A stretch of 53,702 nucleotides of DNA from NCBI GenBank assembly GCA_043751475.1, contig JAYUZV010000011.1:1-53702 (forward strand), written 5' to 3'. This stretch comes from Chlamydiia bacterium. GTDB taxonomy: Bacteria > Chlamydiota > Chlamydiia > Chlamydiales > JAYUZV01. This document shows positions 17,900 through 27,900 of the stretch, piece by piece (the stretch's first letter is position 1; every line of letters begins with the position of its first letter). The notes beneath the pieces are model-generated. The model was not told the DNA's origin. It saw only the letters and a program-made list of their open reading frames with translations, and made no database searches. A program made the position numbers and the translations under genes.

Positions 17900-18841
17900 G
17901 TGTCTATTTTAGCTGTTATTGCCATGTATGCCCTCTGGTCGAGCTGTTTTGCCATAGGAAAGTATGCCCTTTCGGCCTGCCCACCCTTCTTTTTTACCGG
18001 CTTCCGCATGGCCCTTGGCGGTGCTATTATCTTGGGCTTTATCCTTCTTTTTAGGCGTGCATCGTTAAAAATGACGCGTAAACAATTTTTTCCACTTCTT
18101 CTGCTAGGGTTTTTTAGCGTCTATCTAACTAATATTCTTGAATATTGGGGGCTGCAATACCTGACAGCTGCAAAAACATGCTTCATCTACAGCCTATCCC
18201 CCTTTATTGCGGCACTTCTCTCCTACATCCATTTCGGTGAAAAGATGACACGCGCTAAATGGATTGGAATGGGGGTTGGTTTTTGCGGAATTGCTCCGAT
18301 TTTGCTGATGCAATCGGGCGCTGAGCAGGGGCTTTCGGCTTTTGCTTTTCTATCGTGGCCTGAACTAGCCTTAATGGGGGCTGCTATTGCCTCTGTCTAC
18401 GGTTGGGTGATTCTGCGTATGGTGGTGAAAGAGCAGACATTCTCGCCCTTAACAGCCAACGGCGTAAGCATGCTATTTGGCGCGCTTCTAGCCTTTATTC
18501 ACTCCTTTTTTACCGAGAGCTGGAGCGCCTCATTTGGCCCTGTTACAGACATGGCCCCTTTTCTTAAAGGAGCGCTGCTTACAACCATTATTTCAAATAT
18601 TATCTGCTACAATATCTATGGAATGATGCTGAAGCGCTACACGGCGACATTCCTATCCTTTATGGGCCTTCTAAGCCCCGTATTTGCCTCGTTTCACGGA
18701 TGGGTGCTGCTTGGCGAGACTCCTTCATGGCAAATCTTTTTTGCAACAGCGATCGTTTCCAGCGGCCTGTGGATGGTCTACCGGGCCGAACTACGTCAAG
18801 GTTATATTTTAACAGCAAATAAACCAGCCGAGACGGCTTAA
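17900..18841 (+). CDS. DMT-superfamily (EamA-type) transporter
   Basis: About ten predicted transmembrane helices arranged as two EamA-like halves. GTG start with gaggtg 5 nt upstream. Confidence 0.85.
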   Translation: MSILAVIAMYALWSSCFAIGKYALSACPPFFFTGFRMALGGAIILGFILLFRRASLKMTRKQFFPLLLLGFFSVYLTNILEYWGLQYLTAAKTCFIYSLSPFIAALLSYIHFGEKMTRAKWIGMGVGFCGIAPILLMQSGAEQGLSAFAFLSWPELALMGAAIASVYGWVILRMVVKEQTFSPLTANGVSMLFGALLAFIHSFFTESWSASFGPVTDMAPFLKGALLTTIISNIICYNIYGMMLKRYTATFLSFMGLLSPVFASFHGWVLLGETPSWQIFFATAIVSSGLWMVYRAELRQGYILTANKPAETA

Positions 18842-18855
18842 ATTTTAAATTATAT

Positions 18856-18885
18856 CTGACGCAATAAAAATAAAAGGTGTATAAT
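18856..18885 (+). promoter_or_regulatory. Candidate sigma-70-type promoter for the giant ORF
   Basis: ctgacg (18856..18861), an 18-nt spacer, then tg-tataat with TATAAT at 18880..18885, about 50 nt upstream of the ATG at 18936. Identified by pattern only. Confidence 0.3.
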
Positions 18886-18935
18886 TTAACAAGGGCCTCG
18901 CTTTACTTACAATATTTAAATAAAAACAACTTACT

Positions 18936-21900
18936 ATGACAAACACTGTATTACATAGAAATCCTCATATTACCCAGGTCGGGTTTGAGACCTCGGAAGA
19001 GCTTGCCTTATGGGGAGCTCCTAAAGTAGAGATTATCAATGAGGGGAACAAAGAGAATACAAGCGAATTAAGCTGCGCTTTCGAGAGAAAAAACCCCGCA
19101 GCAAAAGCAATTGCAGGCAGCGCGACCCCAGAGAGCAAGAGTGTTACTACAGTTCAGAGCGACCAGGTACGGGCCCATATCTTACACCACCCGAGCCTCG
19201 CAAAGCTCAGACCGTCCAACAGATCGACCTCCCTAGAGTCGCCTACAATCCGCTTTTTTATTCGGCTCTGGAACTATTTTGCAGACTTTCTGAGTCTGAT
19301 TTTCTTGCCTGTGCGCGCCCAGCTACATGGCTCTGCGATAGTATATGCCGCGGCATTTGGCAGCAGTCGCAATAAAAAAGCACCCCCAATTGACCACCGT
19401 CTTTTTAACTACGTCTGTCTAAATAAGTCGCGCAGCAGAAATTTAGCCGATATCTGCGACCGCAACTTCGACCACCTCCCCGAGTCAGCCCTCCTCTACT
19501 ACATGCGCGATTTTTGCAGGGAGCAGGCCGACATTCCAAGGAGTTTTGTAGATGAGTTGTCAGACTCAGCAAAATGGTCGGCTAAGCTTGAAGAAGCCGC
19601 TGCACTTAGAAGCCAATCTTTACGCTTCTTGAGCTCAAAACATGCCGAGTGCGATGAGATCATCGAAGAAGTTGCCACCGAAATGGAAGCAAAAATTGCA
19701 GCACTTAAACCAAATGAGTCAATCACCGTTCCTTGCCAATTAGCAACCCCTCCGGCTATGCCGAGCCTCGGGGTGCTACTTCCTGGCAGACTCATGGATG
19801 CTGCCCAGGGGTGGTTTGATGGGAACGAGAGCTACCTAGCAGGTATGGCTAATTATATCCCCTCTGCCAAGACAAATTTCCTGATACGCGTCCAAATGGT
19901 CGGTGAGGACAGTTACACCATCACCCTTACCTCGCGCGATGGACTTGTTCATGAAACCGAGAAGGTCTCTCTCATTCCCGCGGGGAAAACAAAGCTGGTT
20001 GCAAGCCTACCATTTAAAGCAGTTTCATTAAAAAAGAGAGAATTTGGTGACAAGGCGTGGTTGCGTGGCCTATGCCTTCTTCGCACGCCCCACGTAGCGC
20101 AAAGCACGGATAGACATGATGGCTCAGTTATAGAAAGCTCTCCTGTAGCGCGTACGGGGAATGAGCTGGCGGAGCTATTTGAACCCTTTATCCACAAGCA
20201 AGGGCCCCCAGATAACCCGAAGCATACAACTGCTGTTTTTACTGCCAATGCCATTAACAACTTAATGCCCCTCATGAAAGAGGATAGTGCGATCCATCCA
20301 AGTGATGAGAAGGTGGCTGCACGCAGAAAACTTACACTTAAAGTAAAGACCCTTTTCGGTTTTTTTGGCAGCGTGGCAAATACCCTCATGCTAGACCCAA
20401 AAAGTGCCGAAATGGAGCGCACCTACTTAGAGGAGGGTCTCCTTTTAATTCAGCAAGATGCCGCTATTCTCGCCTCACAGGGGTGGCTTGACAAACAAGA
20501 GGTGCTAGATCTTAACCACGAATTTAGGCGCATTGAAAAGGCGCTTGAAAGAGCATCTGGAAAAGCACAGACTGTTACCCCTCCTGGCCGGGTAAAAGAC
20601 TCCCCTCCAAACGCAGTCCTTACCCAACCAAACCCACCCTCACCCGCAATAGATATCGATACAAAATCGACAAAGGTCGCCTATCCCACAAAGAAAACCC
20701 CCACACCATGCGAAATCGGTTCGGAAATAAGGCCTCGTATTGCCGGCTACACCTTTGCTGAGAAAATCGACGGATCAAACATCGCAGATCAGATCGATTA
20801 CGCCATTCAAATCTTGGATAGACTTACCGCTGCAACTGAAGCAAAAGATCTTCTAACCGTTCAGCAGCTCGCCATCGATTTTGCCTTTCTCCTGCCCATA
20901 CCAAGCATCTATGAGTTAACGGGTTATAAATTAGAAGAAACAACTATGCCTTGGAGATGCCTTGGTAAACCGCGGGGTGATTTAGCAGATCCGATGGCGG
21001 ATGCGAGCCGTAAACTCTCCCGTCTTGCCAGCGCACTTGCAAAGGCTGCAAGCAGTGAAAAGACCCTCTCACCCGACCGTCTCATCGCAATGGGACGTCT
21101 TGGTTTAATGATTCGCTACCTCGGCTTCATGAATGCCGAGCGCTCTAACCTGACTGGCCATACTGCAATGGGAGATACGACAATTGACACGGTTCTACAG
21201 CTCTTGCAGCCGCTGCACGGCGAGCGCAGCTTCTACATTCCAAGATCTGCAAAAGAGAAGGCAGCTCTTGACCAGTTGAAAGCTAGTAATGCCGATCTAA
21301 AAGCTCACTTTTCCACCTTGCTCGAGGGCGATTACTTATTCGGCCATATCAAACGCCGCGCTGTCCGTGGCGGCAGCGATATTGAATTGACAAAACTGGC
21401 GCTCTCTCACCTTAAAAAGCAGATCAAAGACGATTCAAATAACCCTCTACACCCTGTTCTAGACAACCTCGCCAGTCCAAACCCGGGGGATATACAAAGC
21501 GACACGATTACAGATGCTCAGATTACTACAACAGCGCGTCTTATCAGCTCCAATTTGATGAAGGAGCTCACAAGAGCCCAAGATCAGGAGCCGTTCAGAA
21601 CTCAGGAGCAGATTAAACTTATCGGCCTGCGCGACTACGCTTATAGCCGCATGCGGATCAAAAGAAAAGATGGAACATTTGGTAATGACAATACACAAAG
21701 TCTGCGCAAACGATTCAGAAAGATTAACGGCAATATTGTCGATGACAATCTAAATCCTGTTACCTACAACAAAAAGCTTTATATTGTTATCTCAGAGCAA
21801 ATCTCGAATGAGAAGTCGCAAACAACCTCTGAAACAGGCTGGTTCTTCTTTGACTACATTGGCCGTGAGCTCTCAGCGGATCAAGGAATGCTTGTAAATG

Positions 21901-24900
21901 CTCAGGCAGGGGTGGGCAAAGTTCTTCTGAACGGCAACCCATTGCTCTCGACAGCTACAGACGCTGCACTGATCTCCCATTTGGAAGGCGGAGGTGTTCT
22001 TCAGGTGGGTGTGCAAGCGGTCGATGCTGTCAAAAAAATGGCTGGCACAGAAAATCCGGAAGGATCCCTTAACCAGCAGACTGCCGATGAAAACCAGTTG
22101 ACCCACTGGATAAACTTCTTTCACGACTTTCAAGAGTTAATACCCGACTCCTTCCCCTTTGCTAGTGGATTCGATCTCTCCTCTGAGCTAAAGCGCGAGA
22201 AGCAGATGAAGTGGCTTGCCAGATGGAGGCGCTCCCCTAAAAATGAGCTCTTCACGGCCCTTTATTTCCGTGGAGAGGTTTCTAGAACAGGCAAACCTGA
22301 AACGCTCTACAGGGAAGGCAGCTATCAAAGAGCCAGACGCATGGGGCAGAGCTACATGCAAAATGGCACCGTCACGGTAAAGGAGCAGCCAAAATATCTA
22401 GGTACCGGAATTACAGAACAGGGACTTAAGGATGACCCGCGCTATGTTATTAACCGCTTTTTCCACGTCTGGAGGATCATCAATGGAGAGGATTCGGAAG
22501 GGATCGCCCAAGATGCCAAAACTAAAGCACTGACATTGCCAGACGGCCTCAGAATCGAGCAGTGCGAGCCGCTATTAAAGGCGCTCCACAACCCAACCGC
22601 TATCTGGGAGACAATGGCACTTGTGAGAGGCAGCGATCTGCTGAAATATCCAGAGGTGCGCACACTTCTTCTCGGCCTATTTACAGAGCCAAAAACTTTT
22701 GAAAGCACCGTTATGAAGGGTGGAGAGCGCTTCATTAACGACTTAGTAGAATGGCTAAGCGAAAACTATAAACAGCAGAAAAAATTGGGGATAGAAAACT
22801 CATTTGAACTGCTCTTCTTTGTCTCGATTGCGCAGACTCTACGGCTGATGATTGCCGAAGATGCCATCACATTGACACCTGAATTAAAAAAGGCTGCTTT
22901 AGAGCGCCTACCTGATTTTGAGAAGGAACTAAGGGCTCTTAGTGAAGAGTCTTTTGGCAAACCCGAATATGACAACTACCGCAGACAAATTATTACACAC
23001 CACCTCTTTGCCCTCACTGAAAAAGAGAAGTTAAAGCCAGAGCAGCTCCATGAAATTATCGTCAGACGCTGTCTTTTAAACTGGATGAAGCAGCCCCCTC
23101 TATCTGAGGTCGATCCAATGATAGAAGATAGAATTAACCACAACATCCTGAGGTGGAAGGGAACTCTTGCGGCGTTTTATGAGGTTGATGATTCCACTCG
23201 CATCCAACATACAATGGACGAGATTTTCCATAGAAAAACACCAGAGAAGATCCCCGACTTGACTTGGACGCTAAAATTCCCTATGGCTTCTAACGACCAC
23301 TTCGAAATTAATCTTTTAACAGGCGACACTCGACTTAAAAGCTCGGGTCAACAGCTCACTTCTATATCGGCAAAGGGAGAGAATAAGTATAAAGAGGCTT
23401 TTCCAAAACTTGCAGCTCTAACCGGCGGAAGCGTACAGGGGACAATTTATGCTCACCCTAGAAGCGTCATCTTCGAATTTACCGAAGAGTCCTCGGGCAC
23501 AAACATCCGTATTGAAGAGAGGGATGATGGAAATGTCTATATTTACAGATCTGTCGAGGGAAGATGGTATCAGTGGCAAAAAACAGACGACCTTATCGCT
23601 AAAGGCAGCACCCCTCACCCACTCATGGCTCAACTAGGAAGGATAGCCCCTCCTGGATTACCTATCGGAGCCCTAAGCAGAGCGCGCCCGCAGCTGCCTC
23701 CGGCGATTTTCGGCGATTTTCAGTGTTTCGACTCGGAAAACCCCACCATGATGGCCACCTTTGATGAGAACGGCAAGCCCCTATTTAAAGTGGAGTTTAC
23801 CTACGACAGCCGTGATGCGACTGGCGATTACATGAAAGTAAAGCGAGTCCACGACCTGCGCCAAAAGAGAAGAAAAGGCTGGACAGCCCAGTTCTTTAAC
23901 GACCCCAAAGAACTGCCTATTTTACAAAGACTGAGCGGGTTTGAAGACTCCAGCACCACGATGCTCTGGACAAAAAATGGGGTGCTTCAAGAGATTGAAT
24001 TGATACGTTTTGGCCTCTCTTTTGTCAAAGATGAAAAGGGCGATTTTCTATCGAGTAACCACCGCGGATACCGCCTAGAATTGAACCCCTCATCGCACGA
24101 GAATAAAGGGGTAGAACAAGCAATTGTCTTAGTGGGAATAAGCCCGCCTCACAAGAAAAAAATCCTCATGCCACAAATCGGCAACGAGGCCTACGGCAGA
24201 AAAGCTGTGGCTCTTTTCGGCGTGACAGATCCAAATGCTCAGGCGCTGCTTTCCATGCTGCCTGTTGTTTCAGATATCATGGCAAATCCGAGCGCGCTTT
24301 TTACATCGCGCCTTCCAACGCCTCTTAAACGGCTGCTCAGATATATGATGACAGGAGAGAACCCCTCTTTCCTAGACCTAGCTCCAAGAAGTGGTGGCAA
24401 TATTTGGATTCACGATAAAGCAGGACTAACACGCGGCTATTGGGAGTATGACCTCGGCGCTGATGGGAATCTGCAGTGTCAAGATGAAGCAAAACATGAG
24501 GCGCTGCTTGACCAGCTCGCCTATACAACGCAAAACAGTGGCCACGGCCGCAGGGAAGCGCTTATCCAAATTGAGCCACTGCTAACCGAACTAAATAACC
24601 TCTCTAACTCTCTTTTTGAGAGATATTCAGATCAAGAGGTCAGCAATGTTATCCGCAGATTATGCGGAATTGGCAAATCAGAATCGCTGCTAGGTCTTTC
24701 CGACAGCCTAAAACTACTGACTAGACTGATCCTTCATATGAGTGCCAATGAGACAGGTGTGCTTCTGCGCGTATTGCTGACACTGCGCAAAAAAATCTCA
24801 ACAAGCAGCAAACGCCTTTTAGGGACAACAGGTCAGCCTATTCTGGACGAATTTATTACCCTTATTTACAACGGCTACCTCTCGCATGGCAAACACATGC

Positions 24901-27900
24901 ATAAGGTCGCAAGAATCTCGCCAAAAGAGCTCGAACTTCTAGGCCCTGCAACCCTTTCGGCACAGACGCTAGGCCTTACCCTTCCCGGGCGCAAAGGCAA
25001 GGTCGCTGTTACCCATCAACCTTTTGGGCCGAAAGAGTACACAATTACAGCTCTTGCGCCCACTATCGCCCAAAATAGAGCCAATAGAGCGCATTCTATT
25101 GAAGAGTCATGGATACCGACAGAAAACGTCTATAACCGGGGAAAAAAAGAGGTAAAATCACGCACATTCAGTGCAACGCGTATTAATTTAAAAGAATTTC
25201 ACCGCGACTTTACCGAGATCTATAAAAGAATCAATGAGAACGACCCCTTAAGCAGCGACTTTAGGGATCTAAAAATACTTTTTGCAACAACGCCGGGTGA
25301 TCCACACAACAAGGATGGCAACAATCTGGTTAATTATCTCCGGGTTGTGATGGAAATGCGCGAAGCTAAAGCTGTACGCGCTTTAGGAGAGCAAGGGAAT
25401 GATGTAGAGGCGCTGCCACCGCTACCGCTACTGGCTACCTTAAAATCTTCGGACGATGTTGACTCTGAATTATTTGTCGAAAGTTCTGAAACCGTTCTAA
25501 CGGAAAACAGAGAACGTATTCACCATTTTCTCGAACAGCTCGATCAAATCGTCCTCAACTACCACCTGAAAAGAAAGCCCCTTGAGCACCTAGCAGAAGG
25601 GGCTGAAGGGTATGACCCGAATGAGATGGCCCTAGCCCTTGCCAGAGTCCGGCAGCTCGAGAGAGCGCTAGGAGCGCACCACCCAACCACCGAGCAAGAG
25701 TTAGAGGAGTTTGTGCAGATCTTCTCCGACCTCTCGACTACCACAACAGATGCTGGACTCACTATTATTGATGTGGGCGTCTCTCCTTTCTTAAATAATA
25801 CCCAAGGTCAAGATGAGATTGACTCCTATTTCCAAGAGGTTATACCCCAAGATTTAACAGCAAAACTCAGCCAGTTAACCACAAGACTTGAAGCGATAAG
25901 AAATAACGACAAAAAAGAGCGCTGCGTCCGCAGTAAGATGGAAAAAATTCAGCGGGAGATTACCGTTGCAACAGGGCAGGCCGCAAAAAACAGGCTCCAT
26001 AAAATTGACCAGAAAAAGCTCTACTCACTGACCCACCTAGTAATGGAAAAAACGGATGGGTATAGAGCTGAGGTTGCAAGACTTAAAAAAGAGATTCTCG
26101 GTATTCTGCACTCCAACGGAGACCCCACCCAAGCGCTGATACAGGCGGCTGGTTATGGCAACCACATTCAGTGGGAAGAGCTACTTGCTGCTTTTGCACG
26201 CGATGATTTAAAAGCACTTGAGTCACGCCTTCCTCCCCACACCACTCTAAAAACAATTAAAGACCTGGTGATTAACTACTATGCCTCAAGCGTTGAGGCG
26301 AGTAATGGCGCGAAGATCCTGGACGAGCTTGCCCGGATGCAAAAAGATAAGCTATCCGACTGTCCCCTAACGGGTGAGAACATCTATAAACTCTGTACAG
26401 CACGGCGCTACTTTGATGTTAAGGCCGAGCCCTCACTGCTAGCTATTGAAGGAAAGATGGGCTTTAAATTGCGCAAGCAGCAGCTCGAGATCCTGAATAA
26501 AGGAAATAATTGCCTGATTCAAGCGGCAACAGGTGCTGGTAAAACAACCCTAACTCCAGTAATTGCCCAGCGAAAAGCAACCGGCAAAAACTTTGTTGTG
26601 ATGGCCTATCTCAGCCCGCTGCTAGAAGAGGCCAATACCCACCTTAATGCAATTCTCGGGGACTTTTTAAAACGCGATGTCTCCAAAATTATCCACACTG
26701 GAAAGGATAAGGTGCGCTTTACCGCAATTGATGCAAACCAGCCTGATAAGGGCGAGGTTGAGCAATCGATGTTTAAACTTCACTACAAGCGCATGCTCGA
26801 TATTATGGCAGGAAAAGGAGCTGTTGCAACCGATAGAAAATCCTTTCCTCTGCTTGCACAGCGTCTTATTAAACTTCTTAACGAGTGCTCAATAGCTGTG
26901 CTCGAGAACCACGTAACTCTCGATCAGTTCCAGTACGAGCACCTCTACTACCTTTCAAAAATCTTATTACTCCTATCAAAACGCAGTACAACAACCATCG
27001 ACGAGCATGACGCCTTTCTCGACCCAACTCAGGTCCTCCACCTCCGCTCTGGCAAGGTCGTTTCTGCCCCTACGTTTATGTGCGAGTCTACGCTAGAGCT
27101 TTTCGATATGGCACGTGATGAGATAGAATTGCGTATTGATGAGAACGTTCAGGGTGATATACCAGAAGAGGTGCGCCTCGCCCTTTTGCGCACCGTCGCT
27201 GAAAAGAGCTCTCCACTCTTTTTAGACAGATTAGCCGGCTCTGCAAATAACCCCACCTTGACACCCCAAGTACTCGCTAATTTTAATATTCCAATTTTCA
27301 TCTCAACAGATGAGATCACCACCTATCTGCGCGGTGATGAGGGCTGGAAAGATGTCGAAACCAAGCTGCACGCTAAACAGGCAGAGATCGAGGCTAAAGC
27401 AAATGTTGAAAGAGAGGGTGAACAGGCGGGTTCTGCACAAGATGTTGAGGCACATTTCCTCGATTGGCTCGACCGTCTGGCCTTTGCTAAAGACCAAATT
27501 ACCCTCTATCTTCCCCTTGTTTTTGGCCACACAAAAAATGTAAAGTTTGCGCGCTCGGAAGATGGAATCCATACCATTCCCACAATATCGACAGACAGAC
27601 CGCGCGAGGGAGCGCAATTTGACAATATCTGTGAAAAGATGCCCTTTACAGCTACCGACTGGTGGCAGAGCGGCGTAACCGCTGAATATATGCAAGCATG
27701 GGCTAATGATCTGCACGAAAAAGCCAAGCGAGAGGCCGCTGAAATGGCTGAATGCGGTGATGAGGCTAGTGACCTAGAGACAACGCCATCTGGCAGTGCC
27801 TTTAAGAAAAAATTCCCGCAACTATCGCTTTATACCTACACCGGCGAACTTCTAGCCAAACTGGTTAATGGTGATATTAATACCTACGTCCAGATGATGC